64,000 bases of DNA from the human T2T-CHM13v2.0 reference genome, Homo sapiens. Position 1 is the stretch's first letter. Each line of letters starts with the position of its first letter. The translations under genes were made by a program, and so were the position numbers. The stretch is from assembly GCF_009914755.1 (NCBI RefSeq), contig NC_060944.1. One strand, given 5' to 3'. This document shows positions 34,976 to 48,643 of this stretch, in pieces. Under the pieces are notes generated by a model that searched no databases, had not been told where the DNA came from, and saw only the letters and a list, made by a program, of their open reading frames with translations.

Positions 34976-36149
34976 CAGACTGGCAGAATCTCAGGCCTCC
35001 CCTGGGTCTTCTCTAAGATGCAGGTTCTTGAAGGCAGGCTTGCTGCTGAAAGACGCCAGACTCCAAGGCCCTGGGTGATTCCAAGCACTTGAGGTTCTGG
35101 AAAACGCTGAGCCGTTGGGACAGGAGGAAGGTCGGAGGAGGGGTGGGGTGGCCATAGGGGCGCTGGGAACTCTGGGGTGACGGAAATGTTCTGTATCTTC
35201 GTTGTGGATCATAGCTCGTGGTTTCAGCGCGTTAGTCCCGCCTCCGTGAGTCTGTGTTGGTTGTGGTTCAAAGCTCGTGGGGCTGTAGACTGAGGGGTGG
35301 ATTTCAGCGCGTGTTAGTCCTGCCTCCGTGAGTCTGTGAAAAACAACAGCAGCAGAGAGTGACCGAGCTGCCGTCCGCTCAAGGCTGTTTCGGGTGGCCA
35401 GGTCCTCCCTCCTGTGGGCCTGTGTGCACTCAAGATCGTCCTCCCCTGGACGGCCATGAAGGGCTGTGAAGAGCATGAGCCCCCATCCCGGCAGCCCCTC
35501 GCTCCCTGACCAGGCTGCTGCCTGCACGAGGCTAGCTCTGCAAGGGGGGCACGGAGGGGAATAGAGATCCTGGTTCTTGGCGCTTGGTGGGGATGGTGTT
35601 ACTGAGGTCACAGCCATGGGGTCTGCCTGTCTCAGAGACCCCCACTGTTCCCCCGCCATGCCCTGGAGTTTGACCTTGCCATCGCCAGTGAAGGCGCAGT
35701 GGCCAAGGGGCTGTCCCCGTCCATGTGTCACCCCAAGGGGAATGCACAGCTCCGGAGGGGGACCACCGGGCTCTGCAGCGTCAATGAAGAAACTGAGGCC
35801 CAGAGCGGGGCAAGGCGCCTGCCCCACCCTGGTGCCCACTGCTCTTCCCAAAAGCATTGCCAGTGGGGCACCACCCACCCCAGGAGGGCAAGGTGAGAGC
35901 CCTGGGTCTGGAGTGCCACGTGGACCTGGCACAGGTTGGAGAGGGGAGGTGCCCAGCATGCTGACCCACCCGAAGCCACCCGTGCCTACTTTGGGATTTT
36001 ACATCCCTGTGCACCTGTGGGGGCTGTGTCCTACATACCCAGGGCTGGCTCCTGAAGGCAGTCAGGGAAGCAAGAAGGAGATCAGGAGAATGCTTCCCGA
36101 GAATAGGTGGTTTTGGGTTGTCCCCAGTGGCTTGGAATGGCTGGCTTGC

Positions 36150-36340
36150 CAGAACCCAGGTTCAAATCCCAGCTTCACCACTGGCCAGCAGCACGACTCT
36201 GGGCAAATGGTGTGACCATCTGTGCCTCTGTTTCCCCATAAGCCAACTGGAGGTAGCGATTGCCCTGCAGTCTCATGAGTTAATGACATAAAACGCTGGA
36301 GACTGTGCCTGGGGTGGAAGAAGGACTCAATCGCCCATGA
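36150..36340 (+). mobile_element. MIR
   Basis: GGTTCAAATCCCAGCTTCACCACT ... TCTGTGCCTCTGTTTCCCCAT. Confidence 0.75.
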
Positions 36341-36454
36341 GCATGATTTGTGTTCTCCCCTGGACAACGGCAGAAATGCAGCAGCGCTTGGGAGGGCTGG
36401 GAGCCTCCCCAGGCAGGAGGAATTCTCTTCTGAGCATCTGGGCTAACATCTTTC

Positions 36455-37100
36455 CTTCCTTCCTTCATTCACTCATCATTCATTCACTGAACACCTACCA
36501 CATGCCAGGATGGGGGTATAGCAGCCCAAAAAAACTGGCAAAAAGTTCTGGCCCTTTGAACTCACGTCCCATCAGAGAAGACAGAAAATAAGCGAAATAA
36601 ATAGGCACCATACATGGCCGGCAAGGAGTAACGAGAGCCGCAGAGAAAACCACACGGGGGGAGCGTGGGGGTGCAGGCAGGTCAGGAAGGCCTCGTGCAG
36701 ACCCTGCAGGAGCACTCCGGTGGGCGTCGGGGAAGATGCCAGGTAGGGGAACAGCAGGTGCAAAGACCCCAGGGCAGGCACGTGCTGGGGGTGCTGGAGG
36801 AACAGCGCTGGCCTGGCGGGGTGGCCGGAGCGGAGGGAGCAGAGGGCCGTGTGAGAAGCCACGGGCAGATCATGCCTCGTAGACCTCGCCACAGCTTTTA
36901 TTCTGGAAGAAGTGAGTGGGCGTGGGAGATTCTGAGCAGAGCCGCCACGTGACTTACACGTTAAAGGGACAGTTCTGACTGCTTTGTGGAGAATGCATTT
37001 AGGGGTCAGAATGGTTGGGAAGCTGCTGCTGGATGCCTGGGGAGTGACCAAGGAGTCCTAGGCCAGGGTGGGGGTGGAGAAGGTGGCGGAGAGGGGTTGG
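36455..37100 (-). mobile_element. L2 3' end
   Basis: CATTCACTCATCATTCATTCACTGAACACCTAC..CATGCCAGG, AACAGCAGGTGCAAAGACCC and TGACTTAC..TTAAAGG. Confidence 0.75.
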
Positions 37101-38150
37101 ATACCAGAGACGTGCTTTTCGTTGTTCCTACTTCATTTTTCGACTGACAGGCAATAAGATTCCCTTCTGTGCTTGTTCGCACCTATGAGCTTCGATAAAT
37201 GCAGCCATGTATCCCCACTTCAGAAGACACACCGGCCCCCGCCCTCCAGCCCTGTGGCCCACCCGCCCCGATGCCCGCCCCTCCACCCACTGGTCCGCTC
37301 TCCTCCCCCACAGCTTTGCCTTTTCTGGGACGTCGAGTGAATGGAGCCAGCTGGGCTGTGGCCTCTCGAGCCGGCCTTCTTCCTTCACTGCATCCTCTGA
37401 GCTGTTGCCTGCATTGACCAGGCGTTCCTTTTTATTGTGCAGTCAGATCCATTCTGTGGATGGACCACGTTTTGTTGAGGCATTTGCCCACCAAAAGACT
37501 TCTGGGTTGTTTCTGGGTTTGGGCGATTATGAATAAAGTAGCTACAAATATTCACATATGATGAATTTTGTGTGAATATACATTTTCATTTCTCATGAGT
37601 AAATACGTAGGTTTCAGATTGCTGGGTCATACAGAAAGTGTATGTTTGCCAGTGTTTCCTAAGCGATGCGCTGTTTTGAACGTCCCTCACCCTAGCCTTA
37701 ACCCACATGAAGCAGTGGTCACTCTGCATCCTGGCCAGCTCCTGGTCTTGCCTCACTGCTCTGGCTATGACGTCCAGTATGATGGTGAATAGGAGTGATG
37801 AGAGTAGACATCCTTGCCTTGCTTCCAGTCCCTTTTTTTTTCTTTCAAAAAAAAAAAAAAGTTTTTCGTTTATTTAAGTTTTTGTTAGAGCTCTTTATAA
37901 AGTTAGGAAAGTTTCCTTATATTCCTAGTGTGCTGAGAGATTTTTTTCTTCATCGTGAATGAATGTTAAATTTTGTGCAGTGATTTTTCTGTCTCATCAT
38001 GTGGCAAGATCATGTGGATTTTCTCCATTAGTCAGTTAATGTGGTGAATTATATTGATTACTTTCCAGTTGTGATAAAATGTACATCACGTAAAATTTAC
38101 CACTTTAATCAATATAAGTGCACAGTTCTGTGGCACTAAGTACACTGTCA

Positions 38151-38250
38151 CATGACCATCTCCACCCTCCCTCTCGGTACATCGTCATACGATCATCCCC
38201 ACCCTCCCTCTCGGTACATCGTCATGCGACCATCTCCACCCTCCCTCTCC
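38151..38250. repeat. ~37-bp tandem repeat x2.7 inside an L1MB fragment
   Basis: CATCTCCACCCTCCCTCTC(GGTACATCGTCAT) occurs three times. Confidence 0.85.
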
Positions 38251-38742
38251 AGAGCTCTTTTCATCTTTCCAAACTGAAGCTCTGCGCCTGTTAAACACTA
38301 ACTCCCCATCTCCTCCTCCCCCAGCCCCTGGCAACCGCCATTCTACTTTTTGTCTCTGTGAATTTGACCACTCCGGGGGCCAAATATAAGTGGAAAACCT
38401 TGGTTAATTCTTGAATGATGAACCAGCCTCACATTCCTGGGATAGACCTCATTTCGTCGTGTATTAGCTGGTTTTGACTTGCTAGTGTTTTGCTGAGAAT
38501 TTTTGTGTCTATGCTCATGAGAAATATTGGTCTGTAAGTTTATTTTCCTGGGTTATCTTCATCTGGTTTTCTGGCCTCATAACATGAGCTGGGAGGTTCT
38601 TGTTCCTTTTGTGTTTTCTGTCAGAGGTTGTGTAGAATTGGCATGATTTCCTCTTTAAAGCTTTGGTAGATTGTCCAGCAAAACCATCCGGGCCTGGAGT
38701 TTTGTAGGAAGGTTTTTATAAATTCAATTCTTTTCAAAGAAA

Positions 38743-39025
38743 CCAGGTGTAGTGGTTCAGGCCTGTAATCCCAGCACCGTGGGAGGCCAAGGAGGGTGGA
38801 TCACCTGAGGTCAGGAGTTTGAGACCAGCCTGGCCAACAGGATGAAACCCTGTCTCTACTAAAAATACAAAACTTAGCCAGGTGTGGTGGTGGGCACCTG
38901 TAGTCCTGGCAACTCGGGAGGCTAAGGCAGGAGAATCGCTTTAACTCGGGAGGTGGAGGTTGCAATGAACCGAGATCACGCCACTGCACACCAGCCTAGG
39001 TGACAGAGCGAGACTCCATCTCACA
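38743..39025 (+). mobile_element. AluSx-like
   Basis: Full two-arm Alu with a degenerate tail. Confidence 0.92.
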
Positions 39026-42000
39026 AGACAAATTATTTTAAAAGATAAAGGAATATTCAGGTTATATATTTCTCCTTGAGTAAGTGTTAGTAATTTGTAT
39101 CTTTTGAGGAATTGGTCCATATAATCTATTTTGTCAAATTTTAGAGCATAGATTTATTTGTGGTATTCTGTCATCATCCTTTTAATGTCTGTGGGGTCAG
39201 TAATAGTGTCTCCTTGTTCATTTCTAATATTGGTAATCTGTGACTTCTCTTTTTTCTCCTTGGGCAATATGGCTAGGATTTTATTAACATTATTGTTCTT
39301 TTTCAAGAATGAGCTTTTGATTTCATTGATTTTTTTTCTATTGTCTTTTAGCTTTCAATTTTATTTATTTATATTTCTTTCTTCATTTCCTTTTTCTGCT
39401 TGCTTTGGGTTTAATTTGCTCTTCTTTTCCTAGATTTCCTAAGGTGGGAGCTTGGATTATTGATTTAAGATCTTTATTCTTTTCTAACATAAACATGAAA
39501 TGCTATAAACATCCTCCTAATTAATGCTTTAGTGGCATCTCAAAATTTTTGAACATTGTATTCTAATTTAGATCAAAATTTTTTTATATCTTGAGATTCC
39601 CTCTTTAACCTTTGTGTTATTTACAAATGTGTTGTTTAGTTTCCAAATGTTTGGGATTTTCCAGATATTACTTTTTTATCCATTTCTAATTTAACCCTGT
39701 TATGTTTAGAGAACAAATGTGCATGATTTAAATTCCTAATTTTGTGAATGCTTGTTTCATGGTTTAGGATAATGGTCTATTCTGGTGAATGTCACATGCA
39801 CACTTGAGCAGAATGTGCTGTGCTATCATTGCTGGGTATATTATTCTATGAAGGTCAATTTGTTGGATAGTGTTATAGTATTTAATTCTAGAATTTTTAT
39901 TGGTTCTTTTAATATAGTTTCTTTTTGTCTTTTAAGAACTTTCATTTTTCCATTTATTTCAAGAGAGTTACCTTTACCTCAAGGAGCATGGTTGTAATGC
40001 CTGCTTTAAAGTCTTTGTCTGGTAAATCCATCCTCTGGGTCATCTTGAGGGTGGCATATATTGATTCTCTTTTCCTTGAGAGTTAGTCCCATTTCCATGG
40101 TTCTTTTTCTGTTAAGTAATTTTGAATTAATTCCTGAACATTTTGAATTTTGTTGTGGTTCTTTGGGTTATGTTAGAATCCTCTGGAGAGGCAGCCCGCT
40201 TGGTCAGAGCTGCCGCTTTTGTCTCACTGTCTGTCCGTGGTGGTTCCAATGCAGGCCTGTTTTTGGGTCTTTTGCTGTTCAGCCATTCCACATGAAAGTG
40301 CCATTCAGGGGCAGGCTTAGATCTTGGAGATCGTTTATATCACAGCGGTTTTCAAGCCCTTAACTATAATTGTTTAGGTGTGTTCCTCATATGTGGTAAC
40401 TCCAGGACTTGTGTTGACTCATACACAGAACTGGGGGATCCCCTTGTTCAGCTCTCACCTCTCTGAGATTTCCTGTCACACTCTCTAGTTTCCAGGGATC
40501 CTTTCCTTAGGCCTCCAGCCAGGAAGCCCGAGTATTCCATGTTATGTCCTCTGCTGACTTCTTTAGATCCACTTCTCTGTATTTGCTCTTGGAATGGTTG
40601 CCCTGGAATATCAGTATGCCTCTGAGTGGACTCTGAGTGCTCAGAGTCTGATCAGATTCATATCATGCTGATTTACACCTGACACCTCCTGCTTCTCACT
40701 TCCACCTTGATGTCTGTTTCAATGGACTCATTTTTTTCTTGTCAATGGGTCACATTTTACTTTCTTTGCATATCTAGTAATTTTTAACCTATACTAGACC
40801 TTGTAGATGACACATTAAAGAGACTGGATTGTGTTGTGTTCCTTTGGAGAGGGTTGATTCTTATTTTAGCAGGCAGTTCAGTGGCAGACTCGTCATCTTG
40901 AACTTGGGTCGGCTTGGTTTCATGCTTAGTTGAGTAAACAACTACGGAAAGCCCAAGGCATTTTCCAATATCCCTTCTCACTTGGAAGAACTCAGTGGGC
41001 ACCTTCAGCCTCCTCTGTGGATTCTGTCTTAGCTGGGGTGGGTTTGGAGGCCTTGCTCTAGGGCTTCTCCATCCTCCTGTGTCATGGGCTTCCTGGCATC
41101 TCTGTTGGCTGCTTCATGTGTTAATGAGACTTCTTCCCCCTAGCTCTGCCAGGATGCCAGCCACCCTCTGATAAGCCTTTCGTGGCCTTGTTCTGTACAC
41201 GCTGGGCCAGCACAGATCCCACAGGAAAGCCGGTGTAGGCTTCTGAGGACCGTCACCATGCAGTCCCCCTCTCTAGCACCTGGCTCTGCAGATGTAGCCA
41301 CAGCCACAGCCCGCATCTCTGATCTCTGCCTCCTTGGCTCAGATAGTAACGTTCTGCCCGGACCTCAGCTCTTACGTCTCCATCAGGAAACTGTCCCCAA
41401 ACAGAGGCATGGTGATGATGGGCTCACCTTGTGAGTATCCATGCCCTTAGGGACCACAGTCCTGAGGTTTGTCCAGGGTCTGAAAACAACTGCCTGATAC
41501 ATCGTGTACAATTTTATAGTTGTTTATGGCAGGAGAGCTAGTCCAGTACCCCTGGCGAAAGTCATCCGTAGATTTTAAACACTGCCTACTTTCAAAAAGA
41601 TCTGAGGCAGCTTATGATAAAAGGCTTGGGCTCAAAGGAATTATTAAAACAATGTTACAAAAGAACACAGAACAAAGAAATAGAGTTATCCAAGAAACAT
41701 GAGTCTGAGGACAGCCACTGTGTTTGAGTAAATCTTACACTGAAGCTTATGAAAAAGAGCAACATTATTTGGACTTAAACATTTTTAGCCTGTTGTCTGT
41801 GAAAAGGTGAACTTACTGTAAATTTCAGTAACTCTCCTTTGACATATTTAAAGGTTAAGAGAATTATTTCAAGAGCCTTGTTTTCTTATAATTCAAACAC
41901 GGTTCCTCTCCTTAAAAACTCACACTTCCAGGCTCTCAGCATTCAGAGAGTACGGGAGCTGTTTGGGAATCATTCCTGCTTGGGCATCACTCAATTGTAA

Positions 42001-43394
42001 CTGCTCACAACAGCCGTGGGATGCTGCTGTCTGGGGTGTCACTTCCCAGTTGATTGGCAGAATCACGAAGCCCCCGGCTCCTGCGAGTCAGGGAGGGACC
42101 GCAAGTGTGTCTGGGCCGTGTCACTCCGGAGCTGCGAATAGAGCCGTCCGGAATGTGCTGGTCAGGAGCCAGGGCAAGGAACGCTCATTTGTCCACCTGT
42201 CGACTTCAGGCTGCGTGCCCAGCAGGATGTGCACAGTAGGAAGCGGCTGTCGGGGGTCACTATTTATTGCCTGGAGCTGAGGGATAAGCCATTCCATCTG
42301 GGCTGACCCCATGGTGGAGGACCAGATCCAGGATCCCTGGTCCAGGGCTCACCAGCATTTCCCATCACCACTGCCCTGCCCTGCACCCTTAAGACACAGA
42401 AGCTGCCAGTGGGGACAGAGGTCTTTCCAGCCCAGGGACCTCCTCAGACACAGCAGCCTGAAGCTCCTCTCTCTGGCCTGTCCTTAGTACAGGGAGCCCC
42501 CAAGCACGGGGCTTTATTTCCTCTGCACCTGTGATGGGCTGAGGGAGTCAGGGCCGAGCCAGCGAAACACTGGGGTTGCTTTGAAGCTGGCTTCAGGTGA
42601 ACATGCTGACCCCCTGGGTGGTCTCCAGGTGGTCTTCCTGTGGCAGCAGGTCAGGCGGAGGCAGCAGCCTCTGGGGCAGGAGGCAGAGATGGGAGGGGCC
42701 ATGGGCAAGAGGTCTGGCAGCTCTGTGTCTGCCCAGTGGCTTCAACCAGCTTGTAGGAGGCAGTGGGGAGTGGCTGCCCAAACGGCCCCACTGTCCCCAC
42801 AGGCCTGGCACAGGGTTGAGGGTCCAAGATTCTGCCCCGCTCAGAAGTTTGCTTTGCCAAAGTGGCCCAAACTCTCAGGGGACCCGAGCCATGACCTCCC
42901 AAGTCCTGGGAGGAGCCAAACTGCACCCAGACCCCAGCTCAGAGGGCAGCAGCTCTCAGCGGAGCCCCGGGACAGTGGGGCCCCTGCAACCCCAGAGGCC
43001 CAGACGGTTAGGGACAAACACTCAGATGCTAGTGCAGTGACCTGGAAGCATGCTTCTAACCAAAGGAAGCATGCCTGGAACAGGGAGGGTCCCCGAGGCC
43101 CCTACCCTGGCGAACCTGCCACAGACTAGAAGCGGGTAATTGCAGGGCACTCAGACAAGGTTAACACCCATCAAACTTCCTGCAGTGGATTTTCCTGACA
43201 GCTTCTTCAAAAGGAGCCCATCTAATGTATTAAAAATAACTGCATTTGTGTCCGATCAGCACAGAGATGCTCAGAAAGCCTCCAGTTAAAACCAGCGGGG
43301 TGGAGATCTGTGTTTTGACAGCTCCAACCCCAAATACCTTTCATGCTTCTGCCTGTCAGGAAGAACCACAGAAACCCCGAGGGTCTCCTGGGCA

Positions 43395-43778
43395 GGCACT
43401 GGTCTCTTGGGGCTGCAGAGGCTCAAAACACAGAAATGTGTCCTCCGTGGCTCTGGAGGCCTGAAATCAGGGTCCCAGGCCCACACTCCGCGGAGGCTCT
43501 AGGGAAGGACCCTTCCTGCCTCCTGCAGCTCCTGGAGGCTCTTGGCATTCCTTGGCTTGTGGCCGAATCGCTCCTTTCTCTGCTTCTGTCTCCACGTGGC
43601 TTCCCCCTGTGCTTCTCTGTGTCACCTAAGGATACCGGTCATTAGATTTAGGGCCCACTCCGATCCAGGATGATCTCATCGCACAGTCCTCAGTTACATC
43701 TGCACACTCTTTTCCCAAATAAGGTCACACAGGTTCCAATGGACGTATCTTTTCGGGGCTACCAATTACTCCACAACA
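43395..43778 (-). mobile_element. MLT1B-like MaLR LTR
   Basis: TCTGGAGGC, GGAGGCTCTAGGG, ATTCCTTGGCTTGTGGCC, GATTTAGGGCCCAC, TTACATCTGCA and CCAAATAAGGTCACA. Confidence 0.8.
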
Positions 43779-44487
43779 CCACAATTCAAGGGGAGAGGCA
43801 GCAGGCACCAGGCCTCCTCTCCCGGCAGACAAGTGCGCCCCAAGGCACAGGATGGGGCTCCCTGGCTCCTGATGGAAAGCAAGCACCAGAGCCCCAGATA
43901 AGTGCAAGGGGAGGAACAGGAAGGGGCTGGAAGGGCTACCCCAGCCCCCAGCCCCAGCTCAATTGCCTAGAACAGTCCCAAGACCAGCATCATTCTGGCC
44001 TCCCTGCAAGGGGGAAGGAAGAGGAGCAGGGGTAGGAGTGACCTTTCACAGCCACCCTGGCCTCATCCTGTGGGGCCTCCAGCCAGGTGAGGCCATGCGA
44101 GACACAGTGGGAAGCGGGAGGCGGGAGGCGAGTGGGCTCGGGGCATTTGCCACCCTCTGCCGCTGCACTGTCGGCCCCGTCTCCCCCCGGCTGCCTCCCG
44201 GTCCCATCACTGCCCACTCCTCTTGCTCCCTGGGGGATAAGGTGGAAAGAGGTCCCCTGGATTCAAGCCTTAGAATCCTGCAGCCACCCAACCGGCCACC
44301 CCATCTGTCCACGCCTCATCTGCTGTCCCTGAGCTCAATGTCTTCCAGCTGCTGGTTGGAGGTGCCAGCTGGTTCCTGCTGGGTCCGTCTGACAGTGGCA
44401 CAGGGAGGTTCAGGTGGGCACAGACGCCGCCGCCTCAGCTCTGAGTGTTATTGGTATCACCCCCCACCTTGAATCCCAGCAAACCAA

Positions 44488-44580
44488 GAGGAGGGAGGAG
44501 GACGGAGGGAGAGGGAGAAGAAGGGAGGTGGAAGAAGGGGGAGGTTGGAGGAGTGAGGGAGAGGGAGGAGGAGGGAGGCT
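44488..44580. repeat. GA-rich purine low-complexity tract
   Basis: Nearly pure G/A for about 90 bp. Confidence 0.8.
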
Positions 44581-45257
44581 AGCAGTGCCCAGGATCACCC
44601 AGCCCAGGAAGAGCGTGGAAAGGTGGCCGGCCCTGGCTTGAGGGTGGGGGGACTCTGGGTGGCTCTGCCCTGTACCCTGAAATCTCTGTACACCAACCTC
44701 ATGGGCCAAGAGATCTGCTGCCCTGTCCCTGCCCTGGGGCTTGACCAGAATGTCGGGGGCAGCATTTGGGGTAGAATAAAATGGACATGCTCACCTGCCC
44801 TTGGGGTTCGCAGCCTCCACCGGGTCACCGGCAGCTCCATCCCAGCCCGAGGGGTGAGCAGCCCTTCCGAACCGGTCTCAACCCTTTCTGTGGGGCTGCC
44901 ATTGTCCTGATTCTCTCCCCAAAATTGTCAGCTGGGATCACCTTGCAGAAACCCAGTTAAAACCCAAGCACAGGACTCGGAGGAGACAGATCTCCCAAGA
45001 GGCTCCAGCCTCCAAGAGCCGGCAGATCGGCCTGCGTCTGTCAATGGAACTGCTGCGACTATTTGTCCATAAATAAAACCTGTTTTCATTTCTCCTGCCC
45101 TCAAGAAACTGCTGCTCTCCGAGACCAGGCCCAGGAGTGTGGGCTGCTTAGAAAGGAAACCCAAGAGGCACCAGCAGGACCTCGCTTAGCACGGCATCCC
45201 CACTGCCTGCCCACCGGTCCCCAGGAGAATCAGCCATCCCAGGCATAGCAGGCTTTA

Positions 45258-45443
<186 letters not shown>

Positions 45444-48229
45444 TCACAACTGTGGAGTGCTTTTCTCATTTTACTAGGTGAGGAGGAACAGGTCCATGCT
45501 CCCCGAGGCACAGGCACCTAAGACAAGCCTGGCCCCGGCCGCGTTAGTGGAGAAGGCTACAGATGGCCAAGATGCTCACAGGATGGGCACTTCCTGCCCA
45601 GGATTCCAATGTGGCCCCATCCACACTGGGATGGTTTTGAGAACCAGGTGACGGCAGGTGCACCTGTCCTCTGAGCCCCATCTGGAAACTGCTTTGTGGA
45701 CAACCGTGGCCTTGGATGAAAGGGGTCCTTGCCAGAGCTTGTGGGGTGCACAGCTGGAGGAGAAGGGTTTCTGCATCACCTGTTTTCATTGGTTCCAAGG
45801 CTCAAGGCCCTCCTGGAGTCCCCGAGAGACCGCCTCATCCGCCTGGGAAGCGGGTTGCCTGCATAAGCCAGGGCAGGACACACCAGCCCCACACAGGAGC
45901 CCGTGAGGGCTCCGCACTGCCCCCACCCTGAGCCGGGCTCCTGCAGGCTCCCCGGCCCCACAGACCTGTCACCACGTAGATGCGCTCTCTCCGGCTCACA
46001 GGGCCTGAGGACAGGGTTTCCTCTCCACCCTCAGGGAGCAGCAAGGGCTGGGTGGAAGTGGGGGGTCCCAGCAAGTCCCAGCCCAGAGTGCCAGGAACAG
46101 GTGAGCTGGAGTGAGGAGTGAACACTGAAAACACACAGGCTGTCACCGCCTGGGGCCACGGGTTCTGCCCCAGAGATAGCGCCAGCTGGACTGCCGGCGG
46201 GTCTGGAGCCACCTCTGCACCTTGCCCGGCCGCCGGGCTCAGCACCGGTCTAAGGAGAGTCCGCTGTGGTACGGCCGCTGGGCAGTGGCTCTGAGCCCTC
46301 CGCCTCCAGCATCGAGGTGACTGAGGGGATAGCACAGAGAGGGTGGCTGGACGTGGATTTCCTGGAGGGGAGGCGGGAGTGCCTGAGCCACAAACAGGTT
46401 TCATCACAAAACCTGTGTCTGGCGTGGTGGCAGGGGGACCTGTGGGCTGAAAGCAGCAGCCCCTGGATCAGCAAATGGCCCCGGCCTCAGAACTGCACAG
46501 CAGCGGCCACCAGGGCCACAGCCGAGGGCCAGAGTGGGAGAAGAGCAAGGGCAGGCGGGTATGGGTGCCATGGCAAGGGTGGGGCCAAGTGGGCAAAGGG
46601 ACAGACCTGTGTTCCCGGCGCTCCCGGCGTGGGCCGACCCAGCACCTGGGGCCTGCACTCACTCACCTCCTGTCACAGCAGATGGTGCTGGGGACCCAGC
46701 GAGGCCTCAGGGCTGCCCGAGGCCCACGGTGCCTGCAGGGCCAAGGAAGGGCCAGTCTAGGCCCGGCCCCATCATCTGGCTCTTTACTTCCCCTCCTGGG
46801 GCTCCTTATGACCACAAGGACGAGCCACGTTGGTGGATGAGGGGTGTGGACTGGACAGCAGGGAGGGCTTCCTGGAGGAGGGGCTGAGTCAGCTTTGAAG
46901 TCAGGGGAAGGGAGTGGTGCACAGGTCCCCCCGAGTCTCCCAGCATCCGAGCCTTGATCAACAGGAGGGAGATGGGTACCTTGGGGTCGGTGCTCTCTCT
47001 TTCCCTCCCCGGCTACTCAGCTGGACCCCAGGGTCACCTCCTCCATGAAGCCCTGTTTCCCCATCCCTGCGGTCAGTGTGTGCGGCAGCCCCACCCTGAG
47101 GAGGGGGTGGAGCTAGGTGGGTGCAGACACTACTGGTGATGAACAGACAGACGTCCCCGCAGGAGGGGACGGAGATTCCGTTTCCAGCACCAGCTTCATT
47201 CCCGGGGATTTTTACTGTTCAGTTTCTAAAAATGGCAGAAGTTCATTTCTTAACATCCCCTTGGCAAGGCTGCTTCCATTTCGGTGAAAGTGGAGGCCGT
47301 TTGTGGTTTTCTCTGCCTGCCGGAGGCTGGGCCACGGTGTCTGCGGAAGACGCCGTGTGCACAGCTGGGCTTTCTTTGTGTGTGCCAGCATTGCTTAGGA
47401 AGGGGAAGGAAAAGGAAACTGAGTCGCGAAGGGCAGGCCAACACCCGGAGGCCAAGCAGGTTTCACGGCAGCCACTTCTGCCAAACGCCAGAGGCACGTC
47501 CACCAGGTCACCTGGACAGCCCAGCCAGGTGCCCACCCAGTTTCTGTCACCTGCACCCAGAACCGGCCCTCAGTGGAGTCCTCGCTCCAGACAGAGGGGC
47601 TTCAGGACACTGAGAAGGGTCTTGGGGTAGATTCTTTTCTGAAGGAAGCCGGAGATGCTGAGTTGGAAAGGGATCCTAAGACTGTCCCCTGACCCCACCC
47701 AGCCCTTCCGGCGACACTCAGAAGAAGCTGCTGGCAAGAGCCAAGAGATGGATGTCCAGTCCTCGGTCTGTGCACACCTGAGGGGCTCGTGCCCTGCAGG
47801 GAGCTAAACCTGAGACTGAAGCTGTATCCAGACACACTTACTCACGGCATGTCCCAAATGCCTGACACCCACAGATCCACCCAAGTCTGCTTCTCTGCTG
47901 TGCCTGCAGCCCCCAGGAGTGGCTATCTGCATGGTCAAAGCCACTCCTCCCAACTTGGGGGCTCCGGGAGGAGGGCAGGGTGGGGAGAGAGTAGCTCCCT
48001 GGGAGCCCCAGGGTGGCCTGCTCAACACAGGCTCTGTGGCTTCCAGCCCACTGGGGAGAGATGAGACAAAGGGAGAATGGAAAGATCTGGAATTTCTTTC
48101 GTGCATGGAGCGGGGGCAGTCCTCAGAAGCACAGCCTGAGACAGGGATTGTGGTGCAGGTGATGGATGGAGGGTGGGCCCTCAGGGGAGGAGAGGGAAAC
48201 ACAGGTGACACAGGTGTAGCTCAGAGCCT

Positions 48230-48345
48230 TATAGCCTCAGGAATCTCCCCCAGGGGTGCTTCCAGAATGCAGACCCCAAGGCTCACCCCAGACCAACTGG
48301 ATCAGAATCTCCAGGGCAGAGACCTAGAACTTGGGGCTAGGGGTT
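48230..48345. mobile_element. MER5A-like hAT fragment
   Basis: AATGCAGA...CCCCAGACC.ACTG.ATCAGAATCTC. Confidence 0.6.
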
Positions 48346-48350
48346 TCTAA

Positions 48351-48643
48351 TTTTTTTTTTTTTTTTTTTGAGATGGAGTCTCGCTCTGTCACCCAGGCTG
48401 GAGTGCAGTGGCACGATCTCAGCTCTCCACCTCCCAGATTCAAGTGATTCTCCTGCCTCAGCCTTCTGAGTAGCTGGGATTACAGGAGCCCGCCACCTCC
48501 CTCAGCTAATGTTTTATATTTTTGGTAGAGACAGGGTTTCACCATGTTGTCCAGGCTGGTCTCAAACTCCTGACCTCAAGTGATCTGCCTGCCTCGGCCT
48601 CCCAAAGTGCTGGGATGACAGGCCTGAGCCACCATGCCTGGCC
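48351..48643 (-). mobile_element. AluS (Sx/Sz-like), antisense
   Basis: Poly-T followed by an antisense Alu. Confidence 0.93.

Larger units (their letters stand above)
37125..41560 (-). mobile_element. Patchwork of old antisense L1M fragments (3' end, ORF2 and 5' region)
   Basis: AT-rich block with L1-antisense text (ACATCCTTGCCTTG, TTATATTGATT, ATATTGGTCTGTA, TGCTATAAA, GCACTTGAG.AGAATGTG). Interrupted by an Alu. No intact ORF. Confidence 0.8.

Noticed and set aside
37125-41560. Active or coding L1
   Set aside because: Fragmented and highly diverged, with no long ORF.
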